A stretch of DNA of 64,000 nucleotides from Octopus vulgaris (Eukaryota): positions 94,364,001-94,428,000 of the forward strand of contig OX597817.1 of assembly GCA_951406725.2 (NCBI GenBank), in the 5' to 3' direction. Below are positions 50,856-63,870 of this stretch, piece by piece. Under the pieces are notes generated by a model. That model worked only from the letters and a program-made list of their open reading frames with translations. It had not been told where the DNA came from and ran no database searches. The position numbers were made by a program, and so were the translations under genes. Numbering within the stretch: the first letter of the stretch is position 1; every line of letters starts with the position of its first letter.

Positions 50856-51077
50856 ATTTATAAATGAGGGTGAAAAATTGATATTAATTTAATAATACCA
50901 TTAATTTAACGCCAAGTGGCTTAGCACATAATAATTTATGTATAAATTTGTATTTATGTATAAATTTGTATTTATATATAAATTTGTATTTTCTCCCTGT
51001 TTTTTTGTGCTAAGCCACTTGGCGTTAAATTGATGGTATTATTAAATTAATATCAATTTTCACCCTCATTTATAAAT
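50856..51077. repeat. Fold-back inverted repeat, ~72 bp arms, with a tandem-repeat spacer
   Basis: ATTTATAAATGAGGGTGAAAA...GTGGCTTAGCACA and its reverse complement; spacer contains three copies of an 18 bp unit (ATTTATGTATAAATTTGT). Confidence 0.9.
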
Positions 51078-52474
51078 ATATATATATATACACACACATA
51101 AATATATGCAAGTATGATTACATGTTTGTTAATGCCTTTGGCATCACCTAGTAGTTAGAAAGCTCATTCAAAAACATGACGACCCGGTTCGATTCCGCTC
51201 AAAGGCATCTTGTGTAGCTGTCTCGTACAATAGCCCTGGATGAAGCAAAGACTTTTGCGTAAAACTGGACCGACGGAATCTGTGAGGAAGCTCACAGGAT
51301 GAACTCAATCAATAATTCAAATATCGTGTCCCCCTAATTTTGTCTGACAATTACATAAAAGTGCAAGTAGCATTGGAATATTCAACCAGTTCGCATGTTA
51401 ATGCAATGAGTTGGCAGTGCAGTTGATTTAAAACCGAGCGAGAAAAGCGACAATAGTCCATCTATTTCTGTCACTTCGCAGCTTGCGCGCGCGCGTTGTG
51501 AGGGAGACGTGGAATTAGGAGAAAAGAAATGAAGGAAAGAGACAAATAAGGTAATGATGAGAGAGCAAATATGTGTGTTGACAGTGTAGTAATATATGTT
51601 GTATTGTAATATATAAATGCCTGGCAATCATTTGTACTATTTTTGAATTTCTTTACAAACATAAACTCAGACACACACATATGTTCCTGTTCACATGCGC
51701 ACACACACAAACACAGACTTACATGCTTTCATACAAACACACACACACGCGCAAGCGCGTGCGCACCCACGCAGGGATACACGTGCATATGCATGTCTGT
51801 ATATCTGAATGTGTTTGAGTATCTGTGTGTATGCATCTATGCGAATGTGTCACTATAATTTCTGCATTTCTATTTATTTTTTTCATCTCATTTAATGCAT
51901 ATTTAATGAAATTCATGAATCATTAGATTGAAATGAGAATATGCACGCGCACACGCACTCAAACTCATACACTTACGCATACATTAATTAGGTTGGCGTC
52001 CATCGGTCAAGATGACCATGTATCTGCACGTGTATACGCGGACTTGGACACAATCGTTTGAAGAAAAGCTATGCTTGTAGGTCTCTCCACGCGATCGATC
52101 TTTATGTAAAGAAAAAACTGCCTGCACAGCTTGGCATTCTCCTGGTCGCAGGCGTTGCTGTGAGATGCAAAAAGACTGGAAGAGATACTGAAAATCATCT
52201 TTCCCAATCCTCTAATAGTTTCGCCAATCTCCTGCTCTTGGTTGGTGCATTTTAACGGCCCCAAAAGAATGAAAGTGTAAAGTTGATTTCGGTGAGATTT
52301 GAACTCAGCGTGCAGCATCGGAACAAATACCGCAAGGCTTTCTAATCAATGCATTAACGATTCTGCAAATTTATCGCCAGCTACTTACACTAATGCACGC
52401 ATGTATGTATGTATGTATGTATTTCAGCATCCGTGTGTATGTATCTATCTATGTGGATGTGTTGCTATAATTGT

Positions 52475-52920
52475 GATTAGCAGTTGCCCCAAAATGCGAC
52501 ATGATGTTGTTGGAAAAACAATATACAATGCCATTCGGAAAAAAAGACTGTCCTGGATTAAATATAGAGAATCACCACAAATATCAACACAAGGATTATT
52601 GGTGGAACATTCCTATCAAAACTTTTGTCTGGTGAGAATATAACAGATAGGATATTATTTGGGAAAGCAAGAAAAATATATACCATCACAGAGGTTAGCT
52701 GTCCTACAGATGTGTATATCTCTTTCAAAATCAAAGAGAAAGAGGATAACCATAGACAACAGCTTCGAAACGTCACATTTATACGAATAACCATTGGTGC
52801 ACTTGGTTTTATGAGTAAATATTTATTTGACAAACTGGATAAGCTAAGGTTTTCAGAAAACGAACAAATACAATCCGTAAGAGGAAAAGTAAAATTGTGC
52901 ACGACTTTTCTCGAGTTTAA
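52475..52920 (+). mobile_element. Decayed R4/Dong-type RLE fragment
   Basis: SSCPKMRHDVVGKTIY, EVSCP.D, ITIGALG. Confidence 0.6.
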
Positions 52921-53039
52921 TGTACATTTTAATGTAACATTGTTTTGTTATCTAAAAATACGGTGCTTGGTATTTTTGTTAGAAACCAATTCCTTCCTCA
53001 GAGGAAGAATTTAAATAGTAAAAAGAGAGCACGCGCGCA

Positions 53040-53096
<57 letters not shown>

Positions 53097-53244
53097 TAGT
53101 AAGTTAAATGAGAACTCCATTACGTAATAAATTGTAGGCATAAAGGCAGGCTCAGCTTATCCAATGTCCAGCGTTTAACCCAATACCTCGGGCCGACCAA
53201 AGCCTTTTGAGTTGATTTGAATTTGATAGACGGAAACTGAAAGA

Positions 53245-53294
<50 letters not shown>

Positions 53295-53301
53295 GTCTGT
53301 C

Positions 53302-53352
<51 letters not shown>

Positions 53353-54065
53353 CAGTTGTTTTTAAACTATGGAAAACAACTTGCGTGGATGAAGAAACTA
53401 ACTCCTTACAACGCTGGGATAAACAAGCCAATTTCTTTAATAACTACGAAACTCAGTTTAACATAGAAAACGCATCGGATAACCCCTTCCTGAAGAAAAA
53501 TAAACCAAAAACAGACACAGAAATGACCCCACGTGCATTAAACACAAACCACAGACGGTCTAGGGGACGTAACTCGACCTTCTTTAACTCTCTTACTCCA
53601 CCAAATAACTATCAAACAACTATAGATTATTCAACCCACAGGAGTAAATCTTCAAGGTATCCCACATACAAAACAAAGATTTCATCGGAACTTCCAGACT
53701 AACCTAAGTTTTGGTGAACCAGTTCCTACCAGGAAGAACTTACCTCCGATACTTTACCCCCAACACAGCCACTTCAAGCAGTCAACGAGACAAAACATGA
53801 CTAGACAACATAACCTCTCCCTCCAACCATATCACAATATTCAAAATCAAACAAACCCAAACTACATTAGCCACAGACGATATAACAACCCTCAGTACAA
53901 CCATAATCCAGTACACTACACAACCACTCCACCACAAACATACTACCATAGACACACTTTACACCCAACTTTCCCTCAGCAAACCAAACAAAATACAGGC
54001 CTTCCACTACAATCCACATACTACAACCATTTTTTAGACGCAAACCAGAGAAACAGAGATGTGAA

Positions 54066-56362
54066 ATGGAAATAAATAAACAAGTCCAACCGAAAATAAT
54101 CAACCTGACAAAGAAAATCCTGAGTTCTATACAAATCAAAACCCTAGCAAGAGGTTTAAAATTTACCCTTACCCCCACAGATCGAACCCAAATGAAATTA
54201 AGGACAATACTTTGGACTTCTGCCGTAAATTACGCCTCACAGAAGCTCTTTACAACTACACCAGTGAAGATGATTCAATAGTGAAAAACAAAAGTGAGTA
54301 CCATCCTACAAAAGGTAGAAATAAAGCACTTGATGTTTTCTGTGATCACATAACTTGTTTTTCTTACAATACCATTCCAAAACAACATATCAAATCCAAC
54401 CTTAATTTAAATGAATGGAAAGACCTTGTCGAGCTAAAAAATGATATAAACCCCACTATTAAAGAAGCCGACAAAGGAAGTGCGGTAGTATTGATGGATA
54501 CAGAGTACTACAAAAATTTAATACTTTCCATGTTGGAAAATAATACTTACTATGAGAAACTAACATATTACAACCCACAGAAAACACTGAAAAACTTATC
54601 CTCCTTACTCCAAATTTATGGAAACGGTCTGACAACACATGAAATAGACTATTTATCCAATTTCAAATAAAGTCCTAGTCTATTCTACGGATTACCCAAA
54701 ATACATAAAAATCCACTCATTTGTGAAGCCTGCAAAGTCTCTACAAGCCTATGCATTAATGTCCCTCCCCCTACAGACCCCAAACTCAGACCCATCATAG
54801 CTGGCCCTTCTTGTGAAACCCACCGTTTGAGCAACTTCCTCGACATATTACTCAAACCTCTTTTAAAATATGTGAAAAGCTTTATCAGGGATGACCTAGA
54901 CATGCTGAACCACCTCCCGAAGACAGTAAAGGACGGAACACTACTGGTATCTTTCGACGTGGTGAATCTATACACCAATATCCCACACGACTATGGTATA
55001 GAATCAATCACATTTTGGCTAGAAAAATACCCAGAAGAGATCCCAGGACGAATTAACCACTATTTTATAATTGAAGCACTGAAATTCGTCCTGCTGAACA
55101 ATCACTTCTTGTTCGATACTACTTACTATCGACAAAAATGCGGTATTGCAATGGGAACCAGAGCTGCTCCAGTGATTGCAAACCTCGTAATGGGTTACCA
55201 CGAACTCAAGTTATACCAATCATCACTAGAAAAATTTGGCGCCTCTTTTAATTGTTATTTAAAGGAGAACTGGAAGAGATATTTAGATGATTGCTTCATA
55301 CTTTGGAAAGACAGCATGGATCAACTCCTTGATTTCAAAAGAATGCTCAACAACATACACAGCAATATACAATTCACTATGGAATACAACAGTAAGCAAC
55401 TCCCTTTTCTAGACATCTTAATTAGAATAGTTATCAACCACATAGAAACAGACATCTTTTATAAACCCACAGATTCTAAACAATACCTATTATTTAACTC
55501 CTGCCACCCCAAACACATAAAAATCAGCATACTCTTTAACCTAGCAAAAAGAATCTGCACCATAGTTTCCGATACTTATACTCGAGAACATAGACTCCTT
55601 CAACTTAAATCTACATTAACTAAAAGACATTACCCAATCTCATTAGTAAGTGAAGGCATCAAAAGAGCTAAGGAAATAGACATACAAATGTTAAGGAAAA
55701 CTAGCCGAAATACTAAACAAGACTTAAAAATACTCCCGTACATTTTCACACATAACCCCAGAAACAACGAAGCCTTCAACATCATCACCCAAAACCTTCC
55801 CATCCTCACAGCAGACAAAACAATGAACGAAATTTTAAGCTCATATAAAATTATAAAAAGCAAAAAGCAACCGAAGTCACTGAAAAAAATATTAACCAGC
55901 GCTAGACTGTATCCACTAACAACAGAGCCAAAAGTGACAAAATGTGGACGTTCTAACTGTGGAACACGCCCCCACCTTCTGGAGGGTTCAGAATTCCAAT
56001 TCAAACAAGGAGAAATATTTAAGATCAAATCAAATTCCACCTGCGCCTCAGCAAATGTAATCTATGTCATGACATGCATAGGATGTGGTAAACTCTATAT
56101 TGGACAAACAGGAATTTCGCTCCGTCAAAGAATCACTATTCACAAAGAGCAAATCCGTCACCCACAATACAGACAGTTAAAGGTGAGTGAACATATAGAA
56201 AGGTGTGCCAGGAATCTTAATCCCAATTTCCAAATATTTCCCTTTTACCAATGTTCACAGAACACCACAATGCAACAAAGGTTGAATAAAGAGGCATTTT
56301 TCATCAATAAATTTCTCCCCCAACTAAATATGAACACACAACTCAATACAGAACACCACTAA
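54066..56362 (+). pseudogene. PLE RT / GIY-YIG polyprotein, nearly intact (one frameshift near 54180, one TAA at 54668)
   Basis: IINL...L.RGLKF, FCRKLRL, IKEADKGSAVV, FYGLPKIHK, LRPIIA, SFDVVNLYTNIP, GIAMGT..AP, WKRYLDD, LPFLDI, CGRSNCGT linker, VIYVMTC..C...YIGQT, LRQR...H. ORFs 54212..54670 and 54827..56362 share a frame. Confidence 0.92.
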
Positions 56363-56531
56363 CTCTTCAATTGAAACCACTAACCCCTATACACGTCCGA
56401 CACCACTCAGATTTCTAAATCCAGAACTACTTACCTCCCTTACAAATAATCCAGAACTACTTACCTCCCTTACAAATAATATTTTTTCTCAGGAACTATT
56501 AGACTTGACACCGTGTATTAGCCGGTGCTTC

Positions 56532-56568
56532 AAACGATGAAAAGATTTGCGTAAACCATGGTCCGTTT
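56532..56568 (+). ncRNA. Decayed hammerhead remnant in the Neptune-like 3' region
   Basis: AAACG-(CUG missing)AUGA-...-UAAA-CCAUGG-UC-CGUUU; helix I and palindromic helix III retained, core broken. Confidence 0.4.
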
Positions 56569-56780
56569 TGTTCTCTTACTTTATTATCATCTTATAATCA
56601 TCTTATAACAATGACTTTTTTGACTCGTATTACTACCTCAGTCAATCTAAATGTATATATTTGTCGTTACCTGTCATAAATAGCCTTTTTTTTATTTGCA
56701 ATGTGCATTTTCGTTGATTTTTCATATTTTACCCTTACATTTCCACGTGTATTTTCTATTTTCTTTTTGTAACATATTTC

Positions 56781-56864
<84 letters not shown>

Positions 56865-56865
<1 letters not shown>

Positions 56866-57316
56866 TAACAATAATTAAGGGTTTAGCAACAAGTTGCTTC
56901 ACCACATACCGAAAATTTTAGAAATAGCAGCCACAGATAAGAATATTTGTAACTCGCATAGGCAAAAAGAATAAAAATAATGAAATCACACAGTCTTCGA
57001 TTAATTATGGACGCGTTTCCGGATTAGAATTATAAAAATTCATTTTCGTCATCAACATAATATTTCGAGAATTATAAATCTGAAAATGCTAGGAAAACTT
57101 ACTCCTTGCATTTCTGACCAAGCGCCATCAAAACATACAAAATTTAATCAGCATATCCACATTTATATAGACCAGTGATTTCGTATGCCCCTCCAAGTTT
57201 ACCATGTGCGTCACAAGATAGTACTGCAGAAAAAGATCGGCAGTTTTGTTATCGGGGAGTGAAATAATCATTACAGATATAGGGTAAAAAATTATTAATT
57301 TAATAAATTAACAAAT
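56865..57316 (-). mobile_element. F1 copy running through the unit junction (permuted or tandem)
   Basis: Contains the F1 body, then ~100 nt not seen in other copies, then CATTACAGATATAG..., which starts the 48209 copy. Confidence 0.85.
57004..57061 (-). ncRNA. F1 hammerhead motif (UUGAUGA core)
   Basis: Minus: AUUAUG-UUGAUGA-CGAA...UCCG-GAAA-CGCG-UC-CAUAAU. Confidence 0.78.
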
Positions 57317-58026
57317 AAGTACTAGGCTTACAATGTATAAGTCCTGGAGTCGATTTCTAAAACCCTTTAAGGCGATGCTTCAGCATGGCTGCAATCAAAT
57401 GTCTGAAACAAGTAAAAGAATAAAGGAATTCTATATTTACTCATATTACCGACAAAAGACTACTTTCCAAAGTTATCCATCAAATGATCTGCAACGTCCT
57501 TGTGTTAATAAAACCTTAACTATAATGAAGTCGAGCAAATGCTTCAGCGAAGAGAATGTATGTATGGCTGTATGTATGCATGGATGGATGGATGTGTGTG
57601 CATATAGGTGTGTGGTTAAGAAGCTCGTTTTGCAATTAAATGGTTTTAGGTTGGTTCAGTCCAACAGCGCATTACCTTGAAATGATTTAGCGTTATCGTT
57701 AGAATGGCCAATACCTTTTGAGTGAATTTGGAGGACGGAAACTGTGAGGAAGCCCCACTTTCAACCTGTGCTGACGGAGTAAACTAATATGTGGTTTATA
57801 GAGCTAATAGCATTAGTATGTTGGTGTGGTTTATCTACATCCGTTGCTATAATCATATTTCAGTATAAATAGTTACCAAAATGATTTTAACATGCTGGCC
57901 ACTTGATAAAATCATAAAATAGTTTTATCCTTCATTAATTATATATATATATGTACGTGTGAGTGTGTGTGTGTGTTTGTGTATTTGTGTGTGTATAGAC
58001 GGTTATTTTAGCCTCTCACTCACATT

Positions 58027-58073
<47 letters not shown>

Positions 58074-58231
58074 GTATATATATACATGTATATATATATA
58101 TACATGTATATATATATCTTTATACATACTTACATACATACATACATACATACATACACATACATGCATACATACATATATATATATATATGCACTGTGT
58201 TTTTTTATAAGTTGACAAGGCGCAGTAACAT

Positions 58232-58285
58232 TCACCGACGACAATTGAGATGCTCTGTATCAGAATTCGAAATCACGTGATATGG
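58232..58285 (+). ncRNA. Type I hammerhead motif, CCGACGA core, 10 nt palindromic helix III
   Basis: UCA-CCGACGA-cAAUU-[17 nt]-AAUUc-GAAA-UCACGUGA-UA-UGG; helix I is short (3 bp). Confidence 0.6.
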
Positions 58286-58972
58286 CTATATCTGCTACTT
58301 CAGTAGGGAGCTTTTTCTCCCTCGTCAACTTATTAAGATAGTAACTGTTGTGGCTAATGAGCCATTTTGACTCTTATTTCTAGCCATTTTGACTCTTATT
58401 CCTATCACTTTAGTGACGTTTATAAATGTGCCTTTAGGTTTTAAATTGCTAATAGGCCACAAATATTATATATACATATTCGTTTTGCATGATTTTTTTA
58501 TGTGAACTCGTGTTTTGAAACAGATATTGTTGTATTTGGGGACAGTAATGTTGCCAATATAGCCAATCAAAACACAAACACTATATATTTGGTGTTCACT
58601 TGCTTCAGCTTTATTTTATATTAATTTTATTTCGGGCAGAGTTCTTTCCTCGCACTTTTGTGACTTCTTCAGTGGTCTTTTGCTTTCTTCTTCCTGTTTT
58701 GTGTCTCTCCTTCCTAACGATCTGCCATTTTTATGTCTTTATTTGTGCATGCGTATATCCCTGTGTGTGTTTTGTTTAGGAAGTGTGTGTTGTTTTGTTT
58801 TGTAAGTGTGTGTGTGGGAATGTGTTTGGTACCTACGTTATCTGTATCCCCTGTTTATTCACATTCGTTTAATTTAATTGAATTTAATCTATTATAATTT
58901 GTTTATGTATTTAATTAATTCCATTTATTTATGTCTATTGTATTAGTTTCATAGTATTTATGGGGATCTTAG

Positions 58973-59132
58973 TCTGCCATTGGTCGTGGCGTGTGTGTGT
59001 GGGTGCTAGTGTTCCATTCTAGTTTTCTATTTAGGCTACGTTTGGTCAGATTAGGTTTAGATAAACCCAGCCTAAATAGAAAACTAGAATGGAATACTAG
59101 CAGGCGCCCCCCCCCCCCCAACCTATGGCAGA
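58973..59132. repeat. Fold-back inverted repeat (34 bp inner arms) at the 5' end of a PLE fragment
   Basis: 59004-59037 versus 59069-59102; outer TCTGCCAT/ATGGCAGA. Confidence 0.85.
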
Positions 59133-59134
59133 AT

Positions 59135-59800
59135 AAGAAAATTAGTTTTAGTTCCACCCCAAACTTTAAAAGCATAATTACACACAATGCAACACAACAA
59201 CACGAAGCCGGCTGTTCCTTCAGGGATAAAGACTTGTTCCCACTAAATGGAGCCTGTTTGACCGTGGCCATTATTTATGAAGTCATCGTAAATTCCACGA
59301 ATGCTAATAATACACTTTCCCAACAGAAGGAAATTTCAAAGTAAGATTCAACAATCACACCTCGAACTTCAGATACTGGAATAAACGAAAACCTAACAAA
59401 TTATCCAGTTATATATCGTTCTTAGAAGAACAAGGTGTCAACTACATGATTTACTGGATGATCTTAGCCAAGTGTAAGCCTTATACCAGCAGTAGTTGCA
59501 AGTGCGGTCTTCGTAATATGGAAAGATGGGTCGTCTGAAAAAGTTCCTTGGACCACGCTACATGTTTAAATTCAAGAACTGAACTTTTTGGAACATATCC
59601 ATATGTCACAAAATACCTTTTAAGGTTTTGCACCCCCCACCCAAAGATCACGGATAGAATCCACATTTCTATGTTCCTGCACAAGATTTCCCTTTTTTTA
59701 AAACTTCCATTAATTGTTAACTTTTTATTTTTTATCATATATATATATATTCGTTTTTTTCCTTTTTCATTTTTAATTGTGTGAGTGTATACGTGTGTGT
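59135..59800 (+). mobile_element. 3' fragment of a Naiad-like PLE (GIY-YIG region), related to 42920-43460
   Basis: KISFSSTPNFKSIITHN, PLNGACL...IIYE, CLNSRTELFG. Confidence 0.85.
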
Positions 59801-59835
59801 GCATATGGATATGCATGTATATATATTATATACTC

Positions 59836-60036
59836 TCTTTTACTTGTTTCAATCATTTGACTGCGGCTATGCTGGAGCACCGCCTTTAGTCGAGCAAACA
59901 GACCCCGGGACTTATTCTTTGTAAGCCCAGTACTTATTCTATCAGCAGTCTTTTGCCGAACCGCTAAGTGACGGGGACGTAAACACACCAGCATCGGTTG
60001 TCAAGCAATGCTAGAGGACAAACACAGACACACAAT

Positions 60037-60072
<36 letters not shown>

Positions 60073-60238
60073 CATATATACGACAGGCTTCTTTCAGTTT
60101 CCGTCTACCAAATCCACTCACAAGGCATTGGTCGGCCCGGGTCTATAGCAGAAGACACTTGCCCAAGATGCCACGCAGTGGGACTGAACCCGCAACCATG
60201 TGGTTGGTTAGCAAGCTACTTACCACACAGCCACTCCT
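59836..60238 (-). mobile_element. SINE family A, complete copy with internal (CA)/(TA) tract
   Basis: Head GGAGTGGCTGTGTGGTAAG...GGTTCAGTCCC (A/B-box-like), CTTGGGCAAGT, microsatellite, tail ending GAAACAAGTAAAAGAG. Confidence 0.88.
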
Positions 60239-60596
60239 GGTGTGTGCGAGTGTATGTGTATATGTATGTATATGTGCGTAAGACTGCGCCAGGTGCATAT
60301 GTGCGACTTTCATGCACACACACCCTTCATTTACACGGATATGTCTGTTTGTATATAAGCGGGAGTGTGAATGCATGTCTGTATATATATGGCGGTGCCC
60401 CAGCATGGCCACAGCTCATTAGCTGAAACTGGAAAAATCAAAATCAATCATCATATATATATATATATATATATACATACCATACATATATTTATGCGTA
60501 TAAATGTCTAAATATATATGTATTATGTTACGTGTTTGCATGTAACCATCTATGTGTAAATGAGAATGAGGTTGCGTACACATATACATATATACG

Positions 60597-60632
<36 letters not shown>

Positions 60633-60830
60633 GATATGCGTCTATGTATGAGTACATCCATACATATACGTTTGTGTGAGGGTGTGCGTATGTAGACGTT
60701 GTGAACGCAGGAGGTTTAGGTCTATGTATTGTGAGAGTACGGTTGCGTGTATTTTTCTTGTTTCTTTTTCTTTTTCTACCAATTTGAATAACTTCCTTTT
60801 ATTCAATGTTTTTTTCATAGCATCTGTTGC

Positions 60831-60898
60831 CATTAATTGCTGACGAGAATGTATCGTAGCTCTTCTCTCCGACATTCGAAACTCCGAGTACTATAATG
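60831..60898 (+). ncRNA. Type I hammerhead ribozyme, canonical core
   Basis: cauuaauug-CUGACGA-GAAUGU-[19 nt]-ACAUUC-GAAA-CUC-c-GAG-UA-cuauaaug; perfect 6 bp helix II, imperfect helix I. Confidence 0.78.
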
Positions 60899-61755
60899 AC
60901 AACCTTTTACTTCTTGTTCTAAATTATAAAATATATTAATAATCCTCTATTTATCTAATATCGATGTCTCATTCTTTTGCTGTTACTTTTTTCTATTATT
61001 ATATACATAAATACACATTCAGTACAGGATATAGCAATGAGGGAAAATACGTAAACACACGAGAGATAAGTATAGGACAAAATAAAAAAAAAATACACAA
61101 TAATTACAGGACATCACCAACGAGTGAAAATATATAAACACGTGAGAGTTAAGTACAGAACAAAATACAAAAAAAAACTGTTTTACTACTCCCCATTTCG
61201 TGCTTTCAACAAGATCGGAAAACTGCCTCTCCCCCGCATTCGCTCTCTCTGTTACATTCTCACTCTATCACGAGCACTTTCGCTCTTTCACTCAAACTCC
61301 AAGTTGTCACTCTTCGCCTTGCACCTTCTTACTTTTTCTCACTCACTCTTTCTCTCTTTCACAAAATTGTTCTCCCTATTTTTTATCTATTTATCTCTCT
61401 TAGTTTCGCGCTCGCACATATGTAGTCATCTTTTCTCTTTCTCTCCCTCTCTCTAATACACTTTTTTCCTCCGTTTCGTTGTCACTCACAAACACAAACT
61501 TTCACTATCTTAGTCTCTCTCTCTCTCCCCTCTCTTTCCCCCTTTCCCCCTCTCTCTCTCTCTCTCTCTCTCTTTCACACACACACAAATACACACTTTC
61601 CTCTTTCTCTTTTAATCTCGCTCACACATTCTCTCTCTTATTCTCCCTTTCTTTCTCTCTTTCTTTCTCTCTCACTTTCTTTTTCTATCCCTCTTTCTCT
61701 CTCTCTCTCTATCTCTATCTATCAATCTCTATCCCTCTGTCTATCTCGTTTTCAG

Positions 61756-61892
61756 ATCTTTACTCAAACCACTTTCCGTATTTCACAGATACCTTTGACG
61801 TAACTCAGGGCCGTTTCATCCGTCCCGAGCAGCCACATCTGCCTTACTCACGTCTTCAGAAGTACTTCATCTATTTAATTGACACCCTCTAG
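61756..61892 (+). CDS. Candidate terminal coding exon of an unidentified host gene
   Basis: Long pyrimidine tract ending TTTTCAG, then a non-repetitive open frame (phase 1) xLYSNHFPYFTDTFDVTQGRFIRPEQPHLPYSRLQKYFIYLIDTL*. No family recognised. Confidence 0.4.
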
Positions 61893-62381
61893 ACAAGAGA
61901 ACGATGTCCACTTGACACAGGAAGGAACACATACTTCTTAAGCCCGTTCCATCTCTGATTATTTTAGAAGAAAAGCGCTTAAGATGTCGACCGATGCTTA
62001 CATGGTGAATGGCACATCGCACGGCTTTGTAGCACGTAAAGGCTTACTGATCTGGTTTATTGTAAATGCAGTTCGAATATTGATTTATGATCTATAAGAA
62101 AAGGATTTTCCTTTCAAGCAGCGACTCAATCATCAATGTCGCACCCTCACTATCTCTCTAGCGTTTCTTTTTCCTTTCTCTTCTCTAAATGTATCACTCT
62201 CCTCATTTCTGTCTCCCACCCTAGCAGGATTTCACTTTCCTCCTTACAGTCACGCCCCCATATTATTCGTGTATGTGTGTGTGTGTGTGTGCGCGTGTGT
62301 GTGCGTGTGCGTGTGTGTATGTGCGTGTGTGTGTGTATGGGTGCGTGTGTGTGTATATATGTATATAAATTTATATGCATT

Positions 62382-62456
<75 letters not shown>

Positions 62457-62463
62457 GGGGGTA

Positions 62464-62514
<51 letters not shown>

Positions 62515-62737
62515 GCGTATACAGTGTCAGGCGGAGAGAGATTGATAGATAGATAGTTAAATAGAGAGTTAGATATGCATACAAAGACATACGTGTATGT
62601 TAGCAAATATATATGCATATGTAAAAATATATATATGTATATATATCTATCTATATATATATACATCTATATGAGTGTGTATATATGTATATATATTTAC
62701 TCACATACATATAAATGTATATGCGTGTATATATATA

Positions 62738-62788
<51 letters not shown>

Positions 62789-63444
62789 AAATATATACGT
62801 ATAACATAAAGCAGGAAGGCATACATTTCACACACTTATACACAACCACTCTCTCACTCACACGCACACGCTCACATAACATGCACACAATCTACGCCCC
62901 GCCCCACTACTTAATTTTATATGTCTTAGAGATCATTGAAATTCTATATTGATATTATTGCCTGCTATAAATTCTACTTCTTTGCAGTCCTTCATCTTAT
63001 AGACATCTATTCTCTCTTATTGTACACCACAGTAATGTGTTTAGTCCTTGTTATAAAATAAAAGATGAAGATAATAGATAACTATAGAGTATTTACCTCT
63101 TAATAAATTAGTGGTGATTTAATAGTTTTCATAATAAAACATTATACGGAGACCTGTCCATATACATATAGAAATATAAATCTATAAATATATATTCTGT
63201 TGGTGAGTGTAGTTTTTGTCTGTTACTATGCAGTACCTTGCAAAAGTGGATGCTTCGCATTGCGTTTTTTATAGATAAAACATAGGCCCTCTTGGAGTCA
63301 TTTCCATACCTAATCATTATATTTTGTAGTAGGGGTTCTGAATAAGAGGGGAAGATGGCCGTGTAAAAGTTTTCGGCCACCTCACATAAACCAATCAAGA
63401 TAGAGAGCTTTATAACAGAAAAATGTCTATAATGAAAATTTATT

Positions 63445-63870
63445 ACATAATATTCTTTCCAAGAAGTATTTCGTGTGGCTTCTCTGAGCTTGAATTATTG
63501 CTTCGGCACGCCTGGAAAGAGATGCGTACAAATCCTTCACCATCTTCACAGGAATGAGATGCCATTCTCTTTGGCTGAGCTCTCACAACTCTTCAAGTTT
63601 GCGTGCTTTCTTCTGACAAACTCTTCTCTTTAGTTCTCGATGATATTTAAGGGCTCTAAGCTGACCAATCTTTCAATACGATAATACCTTCACCGCCCAG
63701 ATTCTGTTGTGTTACACGCGATCTGTGGAATGGAGCACCGTCATGCTGAAAAATCTCACCTTCATCCAAGTCTGGTATCAAATTGCCCTTCAGTAATTGG
63801 ATGTATTTGGCACTATTCAAGTTACCGTCAATTTTAAGTATCCCCAAAGCATCAGACTCTTACCACAAGC
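63445..63870 (-). mobile_element. Tc1 (DD34E) transposase remnant
   Basis: IDGNLNSAKYIQLL..NL, IFQHDGAP.H, LKDW...SP, and the RR.EAII.A...HTKY C-terminus. Confidence 0.8.

Larger units (their letters stand above)
53350..56780 (+). mobile_element. Penelope-like retroelement (Neptune-like), flanked on both sides by (TA)n
   Basis: RT plus GIY-YIG frame, 3' non-coding region with a decayed HHR, (TA)n at both ends. Confidence 0.88.

Noticed and set aside
51990-52245. Possible RTE LINE 3' end or host exon
   Set aside because: Only a faint DRS.WR-like resemblance on the minus strand; too degenerate to call.
58622-58678. Minus-strand CTGAAGA...GAAA
   Set aside because: No convincing helix III or helix I; at most a decayed pLTR motif.
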